DNA of 63,628 nucleotides, counting the filler, from Cercozoa sp. M6MM (taxonomy: Eukaryota > Protista > Endomyxa: Ascetosporea), in assembly GCA_040357565.1 (NCBI GenBank). It is 6 parts of 6 records of this genome, joined end to end, with 100 filler letters (N's around TTAATTAATTAA, not from the genome) between each part and the next. Parts side by side here need not be neighbours in the genome. Positions count along the whole stretch, not along the records: positions 1 to 17,881 come from JBDODJ010000249.1; 5 more parts are not named here. One strand, given 5' to 3'. Under the pieces are notes generated by a model, which saw only the letters and a list, made by a program, of their open reading frames with translations, was not told where the DNA came from and did not search any database. The first letter of the stretch is position 1. Each line of letters opens with the position of its first letter. Positions 1 through 12,911 of the stretch are shown in pieces. A program made the position numbers and the translations under genes.

Positions 1-878
1 CAACACGAGCACTGACACACACACAACACGAGCACTGACACACAGCATGAGCACGAGCACTGCTGGGCATCAGAGACACAGTGATACAGCACACATGTGT
101 CGTACGGTTAGTGGCACCAGCTTACTGCAGGTGAAGTGTCAACTAAGTCTCAAAAAGCATGTCACTCTCTGAAGAGAAGAGCGAGTGTCCAAGTGACTGG
201 TGGATCACATGTGGACCACTTTGGACTTGCTTTAATCTATTGTGGACATTGTTATTTCTGCACTGTGTGATGCCTTTGGTGCAGTCTCAGTCACGGGGAT
301 CGTTCTGTTTCTCGGAACCTCGGTCGACCGATTACACTAGCCTCTACGAAACGCGGTGTGCCGGGAGATCAGAATGATCCTCATCTGGCTGGCCCCTGTT
401 TTGACCAGTCAGTCTCTTGCTGCAGAGTGAACCGGAGAGACTCTCTGCTGGCCTGCGACACTTTTGCTGCATTCTGCAGCCAACGCTGGGCCTTCTGGGT
501 CGGCACGACACGTGGTCGCAATTTCCGGGTCAATCACACAAAGCCCAGTCAGCCCAGAGCGTAGTACAGAGCAACCAGAATGTGCTTGATACATCTCGAA
601 CTAGCCAAGATAACCAACAGCTCTAATCTGCGTCGCTAGAATGCTTGTTTGCTGCTTGTGTACAATAGCCACTTGTCTTTCTGGGGGGTGTTTTGGCGTC
701 GATTACACAGTTTCCATCCCGTGTTACTACTAAGAAGATAGGGTTGCCCGGATGCTTGTGATCTTGCGTGCACTGATCTTGATTACTCACTTTGGCCTTC
801 CACATCTCGTAGCAACTGAAACGAACTCAGAAACGTTTCGATCTGCAATCGGTTTTGTTTCTTTGAATTCTCTCGCCG

Positions 879-2691
879 CTAGTACGCCAAGAGACCAATG
901 ATAGCAATGGCGATAGTAGCACTCAGACGCAGCACCGGCAGTGAGGCGGCATTTTCGGCCTGGTTCTCGCCTTCGCCTGCGCCTCCATCGACCCCATCTG
1001 CGTTACAGTAGCTTGCAGTGTCGTATTGCTCAAATTAAAGCAGACTGCACCAGTGGGACGACGTCCAGGTTGTGGATCGGCTGGCACGGTTACTGTTGTA
1101 GTCGTGCTTTCTACAGGCGGTGCTACACTGCGGCTGGTCGGCGAGGCTGTGGTGGTTGTAGTCTCTGGGTCGGTCACTGCCTCGGTGGTTTCGACAGGAG
1201 TGTTCGAAGCCGACGTTGTAGCAGGTGTGGTTGTAACACCAGTAGTGGCCATGCCGTCGTTATTGTCACCTGCAAGATTAAACATGCATTCCTGTACCAA
1301 TTGAGTGCCTTCAGATACAGTGGTACTGTACCGTCGCACACCCAGGCCCGCATTTCGTCGCTCCACGTCGCCTGCACGCTGCACTGTCCTGCAGGCATAA
1401 GCATCATTTAGTTTGCTATCCTAGCACTTGAAAGTCGTCCGATGTACCAGTAGCCTCATGTGGACACAGCGACGGGAAGCACTGGCAGGCGCAGTGGTCG
1501 CCGTTCCAGGTGCCGAACATGCAGCCTCCCACAGGTGCAGCACACAGGTCGCTGTCGGGTCCCTCGACTACGTGGCGACAGTCGAATTCAAATTGCGACA
1601 GCGGCACAGGGTTCTGGATCCAGCCGAGCACCTGCAGGTTGTTGGCAAAGAAGACATCACCTAGCGCAGTGGCGTCCTGGATGAAGCGTTTCAATGCTGC
1701 CACGTGGTTGGGATCGTAGATCCACGACAGGTGCAGGTGAATGCCGTACGGTGCACGATTGCCACTGTTCAGTTTGGGTAGATTTCAGGGATTTGAATCA
1801 CGATAGTGTGACACGTACTTGTAGCGGTCCATGAGGTTGCGCCACAGCAGTTCGTAGGCAGCGTCCTCGCCTTGCACGACAGGGTCCATCGGCATAGCGA
1901 TGCTTCCGTCCGAGTTGCGCATCGAAATCATCGGGACTTCCCCTGTTGTACAATGAAATGTAAACATTGCCTTTGCGTACATACAGTCTATAACGAGGTT
2001 GACAAAGCCAAAGCGGATTTACACAAGCCAGGACGCGGCCGGGTCTCGTCACAAATTGCGTTCAGGCACTGCATCTGGAAGCCTTGACTCAGTTCGTGCG
2101 GCCTAGACATGATAAGGAAGGTAGTTACTACTGTATAACCACCCTATATACATGCCTAAGAGCAGCCAAGTCACGGTGAGATAGTGCGGAGAAGACAAAC
2201 CACAGGTAGTCGTTGACGCTGGGCGATGAGGTGCGTCCGCTTTGCTCAGAGACGGAGGAGTCGTACAGGAAGCCGAGTTCGTTGAGATGGTCAAAGGTGG
2301 CAGGCTCGTAGGAGAGAAAGGGAGCGCGGAAACCCAAGATGAAGTTGCGTGGCACACCAGCTTCCTGGACGAGCCAGTCTCGAGCACGTTCGATTTCCTC
2401 TGCACCCGGCTTGCCCTGGTGAGCATACGTGTGCGTGGCGATTTCGTGTCCACGACGCCACAGACGCGTCACCAAATCCGGCACTGTCAGTTCCTCCGAA
2501 GAGAGTCCGTCCGTGATGGAGATAAAGTAGGTCAAACTGACAGGGCAGCCACCCGGGTTCTCGAGTCCGTCGATCAGCGTCTGCGTGCGGTCGTACATCA
2601 GCGGCGTCACCGAGTCATCAAAGGTGAGTGCCACAAACTGAGGCGTTTCTGCCGGCGCAAGTCCTCCAGGCGGTGGGTTCAGAAGGGCCAT
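879..2691 (-). CDS. CE4 (NodB-like) polysaccharide/chitin deacetylase with Cys-rich region, Thr-rich stalk and hydrophobic GPI-signal-like C-terminus; multi-exon
   Basis: CE4 motifs LTFDDS, HEIATHTYAH, GFRAPF, GFLYDSS, spliced PGLWEVPM and GNRAPYGIHLH. The last exon reads ENAASLPVLRLSATIAIAIIGLLAY*, with the stop at 879-881. Confidence 0.88.
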
Positions 2692-3100
2692 GATGAAGGT
2701 TTCTTAAACTTGAACTTGCTGTTCAGATTTCGGAGTCGTGCGCCTGAGTGGATTCGCGAATAATATTGAAGCCGACGTGTTCCTGTACGGAGAGTGTGTC
2801 TGCTGTTCAGTCGAACGGAGCGGATATCAATACAACCAACTGCTCCGGTGCTTCCGCGCGAAACGCCGCTCGTTTTGTTCGCATCTTTCTCGGCGTTTCT
2901 TACTCCACTTTTATGCAGGGCAGCGTCTTGAAAAAAAGAAATTAGGATGATGAGGGTTGTTGTTCGTTGAAAACACGTGTGCTTACGAGTGTGCGTTTAT
3001 AGTTTCAGCCGTGGACAGCGCCAGTGAGTTTAATCTTGAAGCTTGGTTGAAATTTGCAAGGCAGAGAGTGATCGCTTTGTTGGTCAAGCAGACGGCAAGA

Positions 3101-4475
3101 ATGCCCACAATCAACCCGGCAGTTTCGCCGACGCACTTGTTCCCGCCGAACGACGTACAACAGAGCATGCTGTCTAATGCCATTGCCATTGCATTGGTAT
3201 GTTTCTTTTTGTTTTCACGGTTCGGTCAGTCGAAATGCTTGCATGCAGAAGGAAGACTTTGCCAAACTGGGCGATCTCACTAGTCTTGCTCTGATCGAGG
3301 AGAGTCAGCGAGCCACGGCGGATCTGATTGCCAAAGCAGACGGTGTTGTGGCCGGCAACGACGTGTTTGAAGCGGTGTTTGCCCAGGTGAGCGCCGACTG
3401 CTGCGTCGAGTGGCACGTGCGCGAAGGCGACACGATCTCAACGGGTCAGACACTGGCCCGCGTGCGTGGACCGACTCGAGCGATTCTGAGCGCCGAAAGA
3501 GTCGCGCTGAACTTTCTGCAGCGAGCCTCTGGTAACCAGAGCCTTACTGTAATTTACAACAGTAAACGTTGAGAACTTTGAAATGTTACTGAATATCGGG
3601 ACAGGCATTGCAACGGCCACTCATGCGATGGTGCAGCGGATGCGCCATGGTAGCGACACGTGCGCCTTGTTGGACACGCGCAAGACAGTGTAAAACTGAT
3701 GTCCTCTACCTTGAGACTACTACAGTAGTACAGTAAGTTTTAGTTGATATCCAACTGTACAAGTAGACCGACGTTGCGTGCACTGGACAAGGCCGCCGTA
3801 CGTGCAGGAGGTGGTGCGAACCATCGCTTTGGACTGTACGACATGATGGTAAGTACTGTAAACCCACAGTACCACCTTGCCTGGTAGATGTACTATTGAA
3901 CTCAGATGATCAAAGATAACCACATCGACGCAGCCGGTGGCATCTCTAGCGCCATCGAAAAGGCAGCTGCCTTCCTCAAAAGCAGCGCTCTGCCTGTCAA
4001 TATCGAAGTAAATCCTTCCTTTACTTTGGTCCAACTAGAGTCGTTTCTGTTTCCTCTGAGGCAGGTCGAAACACGCACGTTGGACGAGGTGCGAGAGGCG
4101 TGTCGACACAAGGAGAGTGTGCAACGTGTCATGCTGGACAATATGTCGCCTGCCACGATGCGAGAAGCTGTCGCCGTCGTTCGTGCAGATGCGCCTGATA
4201 TGGAGATCGAAGCAAGTGGTACACTTACAGTGCAGTTTACTATTCACCAATTCTGACAGTACTCGGATTCCGCCGCGATAGGCAACATTTCGCTGAGCAC
4301 TGTTGCCGAGGTGGCGGCCACTGGAGTTGATTGCATTTCTAGGTACTGCACTGCTTTGTTCTGGCCTACTGCGACCATTCATAGGGATTTGTGATGCGAG
4401 CATAGTGGCGCACTGACGCACTCGGTCGTTGCACTCGATGTCTCACTCAAGAACCTCACGCCTGTTATCGAGTAA
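3101..4475 (+). CDS. nadC: Nicotinate-nucleotide pyrophosphorylase (quinolinate phosphoribosyltransferase), 8 exons
   Basis: Spliced motifs ED..[75 protein letters not shown] and GALTHS. All introns are GT-AG and the stop is TAA at 4473-4475. Confidence 0.95.
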
Positions 4476-4489
4476 TAAATGATGGAGTG

Positions 4490-4660
4490 TTTTTTTTTTT
4501 GTACTGACGGCGAATCGAACCCGACCTTGCCGGCTGAAGGGAAACCGAGCGGAACTCTCCGGCACGGGCCGCTCAGGCAGTCAGGGAGTCACTTCGGTTA
4601 CTAGCTCCGTTGCGTCCGTTCCATTGCGTCCGTTACGTTGCGCCCGTTCCGTCCTGTCAT
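4490..4660 (-). other. GC-rich structured element ending in an oligo(A) run (SINE-like or ncRNA candidate)
   Basis: The minus strand has crossing stems CTGAGCGG/CCGCTCGG and TGCCGG/CCGGCA and a B-box-like GGTTCGATTC, followed by A11. Degenerate CCGTTGCGT repeats lie at about 4606-4655. Confidence 0.35.
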
Positions 4661-4856
4661 CGGAGAAATGCTTTCGGGGCTTTTCGTTCGGGATTAGTGA
4701 ATTCGAATTGAACCGTAAGTTAGAGTGCAGATCATTTACGCTGTGCTATTCCAATTTTCACAGTGTATCGATCCGATTGCATTGGTTGGTTCTTAGGCTC
4801 TGAGTCAAGTCGCCACGAACTGAAACTGCACTTCGTTCGAAACCTGACGGACTGAG

Positions 4857-5953
4857 ATGAAGTTGCTGTTGCCTGGGCTGCTCGTTTTTGAATACGCGGG
4901 CGTGGTGCTCGTAGAATCCGGGACGAGCTTCAAACCAACCCTCAAGTCGATAGTGAAAGGCAACGATGAGATCGAGCATGACCTGCACAGTTTGACTTTT
5001 GTAAATTTCAGCATTCCGTTTCTTGATTTACATCTTGTTCTGAACCACGTGTGGATGTCCAATGGGCTTTAATGGGATTTTCTTTCACGATAGAATCTAG
5101 GCAAGGCAACCGATCAATTGAAGGCTACGGTCAAGCAGCTGTACTTCCGCCTTGATCGTATCGAGCAAGTGGTGAGCCAGCCAACCAGTACGACCACAAC
5201 CACGCCCGCCGGGACTTCTACGACGTCGGTCGTGTCTGCGACATCTACTACCGCGGGCACAGTACCACCGGGATCGCCCTGTGGCTGCACTCAAGAAGGG
5301 GTAGATGTCGACGTCGATCCATGTCCAACCGAACTGATTGACGCGAGATTTCCATGCTCGTGCGACTTCCAATGTGGTGCTTCGAGTGGCCCGTTCGTGA
5401 ATCCAGAGTGTTCGCTCGATTGTATGGTGACCCTGTCGTTCGGAGAAGAAGTGGTCCCCATCGACACCATATCCGCAGCAGAAGTCCCTCATCGGTGCAT
5501 CGAAGATCGTGCGCTGGGAGATGAGTGTTCGTGCAACTCCGAGTGCCCAGATGGCCTCAAGTGCGTTGGACTATCGAACATGCTGTTTGACTTTCGTGCG
5601 TGCGGTCAACCACTCGGTGCTGTGTGCATCCCGGACAATAGCATGTGCGTATCAGGTACTATGGCCTCATTCCAGTGCTGTGTAAATTTATGTTCAATAG
5701 CTATACATACAATGTTGAAATTTGCTTGTGCGCAGGTTCCATGTGCTCAACGGACTGCATGGTGACGGTGGGCGACTTTGTAGGGCCTCCTACTAGCGGT
5801 GACACTGAAGCTCCTAACCGATGTATCGATTCAACTGGTGGGCGCGCCGAAGGAGTACAATGCTCATGCAACGAGGAGTGCGCACAACAACTTCTCTGCG
5901 TCGGCGATGATTTCGACGTGACGACTCCTCGCACATGCCAGACGGTCAACTAA
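4857..5953 (+). CDS. Secreted cysteine-rich protein with Thr-rich linker and a duplicated Cys module
   Basis: Hydrophobic N-terminus MKLLLPGLLVF. Two copies of CSxDCMVT...RCI...RAxGxxCSCNxEC...LxCVG...RxC. Two GT-AG introns. Confidence 0.65.
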
Positions 5954-6145
5954 GTCTTAATTGGGGCTCGCGATCTAGTCAAGAGGGTATGACAGCGTCA
6001 CCAACCTGAATTCGCGTGAACCAACAGTATCGATAATCCAAAATGAACAATCGCCAATTTGCGTCAGTGCTGTCGGATTTTAGAGCCATAAGTCAGCGTG
6101 GGCGTGTTAGATTGCCACAATGAGTGCAGGTAGTCTCTGGCTTCT

Positions 6146-8469
6146 ATGCAAGCATGCGTGAGCGTTTGTACTCCAGTTTGTCCAGAACTACTGTCGCAGA
6201 GCGAGGTTCTGTCACTTCTGCGCGCCGATGTGCTGCCTCTAGTCTTGCGAGGTAAGTCTGTTCGGATGGCTTGACTGTCTAGCAGCTATGTTGGTCTTTA
6301 ATGCAGGCATCGACTTTGCTCGTAGGCGGCTGCAAGCACACGATCAGGTGGACGCAATCCGCGCCTTTGCTGTTGACTCGGAAGGCAGTGTGTGCGCGCG
6401 TCTCTGGGTCCTCGCAGAGTTCGCCGCTGTCCAAAAAGACGACGCCGAGATCAAAGAGGAACTGACTCGACTGTCGGCAAGTGCGTTACGAAGTGGCTCG
6501 GCCGACGAGAAACGCGCAGCTGGTGATGCCTTGTCGGTGTGCGTCGATCTCATCCCGCGCGTGCTAGAGGCTGCACTGCACGTAGTTCGGCCCGCCGAGT
6601 TGAGTCAGGCTTTGTGTCTCGCTGTACGCAAGTGTTTGACGCAAGTGAAGCGCCCTCTGTGTCCGTCGGTGCTGTTGCCGCTAGCACAGGCGCTGTCAGA
6701 GCGACTGAACTCGCAGGTGCAGCTTTCGCAGGCCACTCGCCAAGCTGCCAATGCGACTGACACTTCGAAAGAGGTGCGCGAAGCTGCCAAAGCGAAACTT
6801 AAAGCTATCGAAGCGGACTTGTTTGCCGAGGTGCTGACACTGGCGCACGTGCTGCGCGTGGCCGCGGCGACTCCGTTCGACGAGACGCGCGAAGAACACG
6901 CCATTTTTGCTTTGGTATTCATCTTCCGCGCGGACGGTTTCTTTTTTAATGGCCTAAGTTTGTGTGTGTGTTTTTGGTTAGGCTTTTCCGCGTCAAGCGT
7001 TTCGTGCAACACCTCGGCAGGGAGCGCCTGGTGGAAGCACTCGCCTGAGCAATGGCGGCCAGAGCGAAAGCTCCTCTGCTGAGTTGAGTCGCTTCAAAGA
7101 CGACAACTGTGTTACTGAGTGGAGTGCTTTGTGCGCGCACATTGTCACAGTCTGCTCGAACGTTCTTCTCGATGTCTGTGCTGACTCAGAAAGTGACACT
7201 GACATCCTGGTTGCCGGAAACTTTGCGGTCGGCAAAAGTGACACTGTTTGCCGTGCTTTGTTTCTGTGGCTGCTGCAGAAGGCGCTGCTGTTGTTGCGAT
7301 TGCTGTCATACGGTAGTTTCTACAGAACGCTGCTTGCGCGTGTGTCTTCAAGTGTTAGTTATGTCTCGCAGATGAGTTCAAGGTCACTGTGCTGCGTGTG
7401 CTGCCCCTGCTATGTGTCAGTCGGTATGCCGACACTTGCAAGCACACGCACTCGATCGCTCTGCGCACGTGGAAGTTGCTGTTGACGGATTCTCGGCTTC
7501 TTGTGAATCCTGCGCCAGGTGCCTCTGTTGGCAAGCAGTTGTTACAGCAACAGATCGTACCAGCAGCACGTGGGTACGCTTATTCCTATTCATATGAGCT
7601 GTGTGTGTATGTGTGTGCTACTTGGCCAACATAGGTACACGAGCATGCTGCTGCGACATCCTTCCATCACGATGCGACGTGCTGCGGCTCTTGCGATTGC
7701 CGAACTGATGCGCAAACTCGAGATGCCGCCAGAGGTGTGTTCGAAGCTGCTGGCGGCCTTGTTGGCAGTGCACGACAAGTCCCTCGACCTCATCGGCATC
7801 GCGAGTCCTATACTGTCGCTGCAGGGACCGGTGGCTCTCGCTTTGTCGGATGCCTGGGTCAAAAGCGACACCGACAGCAGGCTCGCGCAAGCCAGTGGTC
7901 TGCTTGACAGGTGGCTCAAGCTGCTACCTTGCGTGCCACCCAGTGCACTCAACAACATGTGCATCGCCACGGTGAGTGTACTGACGCAATGCGACAACAC
8001 CGACGGTGCTTATTCGCAGTACTGGGACAGTGTCTCCGTTTTGCTTGAGGTAGAGACTCCCTCTTCTGCGGGCTGCAAGTGTTGTGTTGGTGGGGTGAAC
8101 CTTCATTGTGCCTGGACAGTCGAATTCGCGAATTGCGCTGCCTCTCGCCTGTGAACTCATCCGATGTGCAAGGCGGAAGTTGCCGATTGCGCACGATATT
8201 GCCGACACACTGCGGCATCACCTGCAGCACGCAGTCGCCTCTCGCAATCGCGCTCTGCTGATGTCGCTCATCAATTCGACGCACATGTTTATGTCCTTGC
8301 AGGACTCTCACGACCTCGCTCCCTTGGTGGAGCAAGCGGAATCGACTCTTGCTTCGGTGGGTTCTATCGTTTGTTTGTTTGCTTACTAAGCCCATTCGAG
8401 TACTCGCATTGCACATTGCGCAGCTGCCTCGACAACGAACTTTCTGTGCTGGTGGCGCTCGTGCCGTAG
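6146..8469 (+). CDS. Alpha-helical (HEAT/ARM-like) repeat protein of unknown function; multi-exon, start uncertain
   Basis: A chain of Leu/Ala-rich amphipathic exons (ORFs 6288-7082, 7084-7485, 7519-8154, 8108-8389, 8164-8469) separated by GT-AG introns. Confidence 0.55.
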
Positions 8470-8518
8470 TGTACCAATAGTCGAGTAACGTGAAGTGTAC
8501 GGCTTTTAACGTAAGCAC

Positions 8519-8571
8519 TGAAGCGGAACTACCTACTTGGTTTCATATAACGTAAGAGTCAACTAACTAAC
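8519..8571 (+). mobile_element. 5'-truncated retroposon 3' end with (AACT)n tail
   Basis: GAACTACxTAxTTGGTTTC is shared with 20033-20051, followed by AACTAACTAACT. Flanked by the direct repeat TAAGCAC at 8512-8518 and 8572-8578. Confidence 0.6.
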
Positions 8572-8730
8572 TAAGCACGGTGACGCCCACGCCAACGCTT
8601 GGGCGTCGCTATCGTCAAGGGAGTTTCTGCACTTCGGAGTTTCGCACTTGAGTTCAGACGCACAGCCTTTGAGCACTATGATACCGATAGAGACTTTCAT
8701 CAACAGCTGGAGACGTGCGCTTGCAAACAA

Positions 8731-11700
8731 ATGAGAGGAGGTTTACGGCGGTGGGTCAAAGGATTCGTCTTGCGGCGTCTCAATTATCGGACAGGTGCAC
8801 CACTTGAAGCCGGGGTAAAATCAACTTCCTTCTTGTGTTTCTCGCCTCGCAAAAATAATGGTGCCAAAGGTCCTTCGCCTGCACAAGCGCGGACTTTTGC
8901 ACCGACAGCACAACCGAATTGGCTTGAAGTGGACAACCCGTCAAAAACAGCGCAACTTTTGGGCTCCGATTTCCAGGAAGCAAGTCAAAAGGTATTCGTT
9001 CTGAAAAACGGGGTGTCCCGAAAAGCTGTATAAATAAAGTGAGGGCGTGAATTCAACTTAACGATCTGCAGTGTGCGCTTGCTCAAAAAGCGCGTGTTGC
9101 TGCTGCAATTGGAGGTGAATGGCGAACCGCGTGCACTGCACTTTGTTAGCAACGACAAGACTGAAATGAAAGAGCTCTTCGCGTGTCTGCAGCAAATTCA
9201 ACTCAAAGCGATGCGAAAGAAGATACTAAAAGCTCGACTGGAAGAACCGTCTTTTTCGCAAGATGTAAAACTGATCAGGCAGTTTGAAGAGACTGAACGG
9301 AGCATCAGTCTGGATAAAACGGGTACTGTCCCTCTAAACGTATAATGCACAGTATCTTGCTCAAGCAAGGGAGACTGTGCTTGTGGTGTCACTGCAGACT
9401 CGAGAAGCGAAGCACCCACGTTGGGACAGCCAGAGCGAGTGTGGACCGCGTCACCTAGAGTTCGCTTCCGCTCGCGTTCCGAGTCACCGAGGCGCTTGCC
9501 TCATCGACCGTTTCGCATGCTGTACAGGGATGCGCGAAGTCACCGCGACAGGTGAGGCTACTTTCTGTGAATATTGGCGGCTCAAACATCCAAGTGTTGA
9601 TCAACTTAGGAGTGGACAACAATTGCTGGGAACCTACCGTGCGTACCGTCAACGACGCTGCCGTTCGTACTCGCCTCCTTCGCGACGACGCACGCGGGAG
9701 AGGACAATCCATCGGGAAGAGCAAAATGAGATGATCTTTTTGCTTCGTCGTATGGCGGAGAGGCAACCTGAGATGGTATTCTCAACTCAGCTACTGCAAA
9801 GTTCAGCGACTTTTTTTCTGTACTTTCGTGTCTTTATGTCAGGAAAAGCTGCTGCAAAGACTGATCACGTGGATGCAAGAAGAGTACCAGCGCGAGCTAG
9901 AGTTGCAAAACGCGTACAACGCGGAGAACGACGATCGAGCAGAGTTCTACACTCCTGCAGCATCATCGGCAGAGAGCGAACGCAGGCGTGTTGCGCACGA
10001 TCGTGTTGCTATAGATTCAAACGCTACTCCTCCAACGACACTCCACAGGCGCCGGAGCACAAGTCCTGTCAAAACTGGCACATCGCTCGTTCGCAAAGAA
10101 GTCAAGGTACTGTTGTATCTAACGAGCGATATAAGTCAGGAGCGTTTAACGCAGGAGGTCATGAAGAGCGACAGGCACGTGTTGATTTCCGAAAGCTCGT
10201 CGTATGGAGAGTCTAGGCAACGAGCGAAAGTGGCTGTTCTGGCCAGGCAAAGTGGGCATACCCCTCAAGGGTGTGAACAAATCCTCAAAGAGTCCGACTG
10301 GAAAGTGAAGTCAGCAATGCGTCGAATCCTGCATGCTCAGGTACCAACATACCCCACTTAGCGCACCGGAGACATTTAAATGATTCGTGTTTTAGGTCGC
10401 CGAACTGGTGAACCGGTTCGATGTACGTCGGAAAGTTGCTCACAAGGCGCAACATGACCACAACGGGCACTGGCCGAGCATACTAGCGTTTGCGAAGAGG
10501 CACTGGTCGCCTCGTCAGCGAACTTCTTTCGATGATGCGCACAAAAAAATTGGGTATGGTCATGATCGTTCGCCAGCAGCTGAGCACGTGACACGAATGA
10601 TGCAAACTTCCGTCGAGAGTTCCAGCGATGCTGGCTTTCGGGACGTCTCAGTGTCGGCTGTTTCGGTATGATGGCTGAATAGGACTGACTCACTTATCAA
10701 ATGACTCACTGTAGTTCGAAGACAACGCAGAGGGCTTGTCAGACTTTGTTCCGAAAAACGACTCTGACCCACAAAAACTGCTTGAGCGCATCACTGGACA
10801 CTCACCCGCGGGTACGCTGTAACTATAGAAAATTCGATGGTCGCAAGATGCCAGGGGAGGGCTTTAAATTATACGAACACTGTCTCAGTTGTGGACGCGG
10901 CACTGCGAGAAGCACACGATGACACTGAACAAGCACTGCGCGCGTTGCTGGAACAAGACGCCGAGAAGCTAGCAGAAGTCAAGCAAATCCCTGTCGAAAA
11001 AGCGGAGCGACGAATCACGGTGCCATACAGAAGACCATCGGACATGGTTTATTTTTAACGATGTGATGTGTGCTGTATGTAGCTTTCAGCTCAATACTGG
11101 CCGCGAGCACTCGAAGAAAGCCCTCATGTCACCTTCAAGAACGCAAGCTCGAGCTACTCTCGGAGAAGTCGGAGTCGGAGCACGCGAAGCAGCAACAGCC
11201 GCAGCAAAGGCTCGAGCAGCTGTGGTTTCGAAGCACTTGACTCGGTGAGGGGAGGCGGTGTTGGAGCGCGAGCCAAAAAGGAGGTTTTCGAAGACCACAC
11301 AAAAGCGTCAACACAAGAAAAGTCACTGCTTGCCGAGAAAGAGAATCCCCTTAAAGTGATAAAACAACAAAAGAACGTTCCACCACCTCTTGAGCAACCG
11401 ATCAAGTGTGTTGAAACCCGGCGAGACAAAGTGGACAAGCAAAGGTTAAAAGAGCGGCATAAAAACGTTGCTGCCGACAATAAAAGCCCGAAAACACGAA
11501 GAAAGACGGCGATTCTCGATCTGTTTGGTGCCGACACGAAGGGCGGGTCAACATTCCTTAACTTATCGACCAGCAGGTCAAAAGTGCCAACGGAAGAGCC
11601 AAGTGGAGCTGATTTCCGGCAGCATCAGGAAGTACTCGCCATGGACCTGGAAGATTCGGAAGACGACGAAGCATCCAAAGTGGTTTCTCGAAAAGATAGA

Positions 11701-12813
11701 CAGAACTCTAAGTCGTCTGAGATGCGAGATGCTTCATTGCCGTGCAACACAACTTCGGAAGACACGAGCTGCGAAAAAGATCAAGCGTTCTCGCGACCCG
11801 TCTCGTGCGAGCCGCGACAAGAGCGGAAATTTGAAGAGCGCCCGCTGGGCAAAACATCGAAACCAAGACGCGAAACTGTGGCGACATCCGCATTGGCGAT
11901 GCCCGTCAAGCTTCCACTTGTAAAGCCAAAGACCCGAACAGAGAACAGCGTTCACAGAGCTGGTGCTGATGGCGCGCTTGATTCGGTGAACCCGTACAAG
12001 TCATTCAGTGCACTTGCAAGCACGGGAGAGTCCAAACATGACAGCACGACTCGCGATGATAGCGCGAGTATGACGAAGCCGCGCAAGAGAATTGAGAGTC
12101 TTTCAAGTCCCAAGTTGCCGAAGGTGTCGATGTCAAAGCAACATGTGCTCGACAGTCTTGCCTCTGCTGAGTCAGCCACGAGTCCCACAACAACCAACTT
12201 GACAGAGGGAACTCGTATTTCTTCGACCTGGACAATTGACTCTGCCTCCGAAAGTACCGAAGCGGGGTCGACTGTCAAGCGCAAGCACCACTTGAGCCGT
12301 GTTCAACAGTCTAAATATACTTCCAGACGGCGGTGCAAACGAAAAATTGTGACACAAAAACACGAAGCTGGGCGCAACTACACGGCGGACTCAGATGTGA
12401 CGCATCAAGAGCTGCTGGTGTCGTCAACTTCGGAGTCGACGTCTCACAGCGCCAGTCATGCCGTCTTTGTGCGCACCTGTAGCCTAGTTTCAACGTCAGT
12501 TGCTGCCTTGTCTTCAAGCTTATTGTATGAGCAGACACGGGATCCTACACACTCCGAACCTTGTTGCTGCATTCTCGAGACCTCGTTGGTAAGACTCCAG
12601 CCCTTTTGTTGGTGGGGGCCCACAACAGTTTCACATATGTTGTGAATGTAGACGAGATACGCGATTCAGTGGGACAAGGTGAACGGCAGCTGGGAAGCAG
12701 TAAGCTCCTCTCACTAGGGGGTGCCTTTGCCTAACGATGCTTCCATACATGACCTGCAAACACTTCTTGGAAGAAGTACCAGTATCGATAGTGGTGACAA
12801 AAAAATTGTTTAA
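8731..12813 (+). CDS. Large hypothetical protein: PH-like N-terminus, UBA-like helical motifs, long Ser/Lys/Glu-rich disordered C-terminus
   Basis: Exons RVLLLQLEVNGEPRALHFVSNDKTEMKELFACL (PH-like end), CEQILKESDWKVKSAMRRI and VDAALREAHDDTEQALRALL (UBA-like), plus a 466-aa low-complexity ORF. Boundaries are approximate. Confidence 0.45.
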
Positions 12814-12911
12814 ACAAAAAACAAAATCGACATAGAGATCGTTAAGCGTACTCCACCGTAGTGCTGTTGGCCGTTAGATACTTGCACAAGGCTGGTTAAT
12901 CGACAGTTCTC

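Noticed and set aside
1-650. Possible 3' exons of a plus-strand gene and a short CAACACGAGCACTGACACAC duplication
   Set aside because: Splice-like sites exist, but no frame gives a recognisable product, so it is too weak to call.
4501-4585. tRNA gene on the minus strand
   Set aside because: A T-loop-like GGTTCGATTC is present, but the T-stem pairs poorly and no D or anticodon arms are evident.
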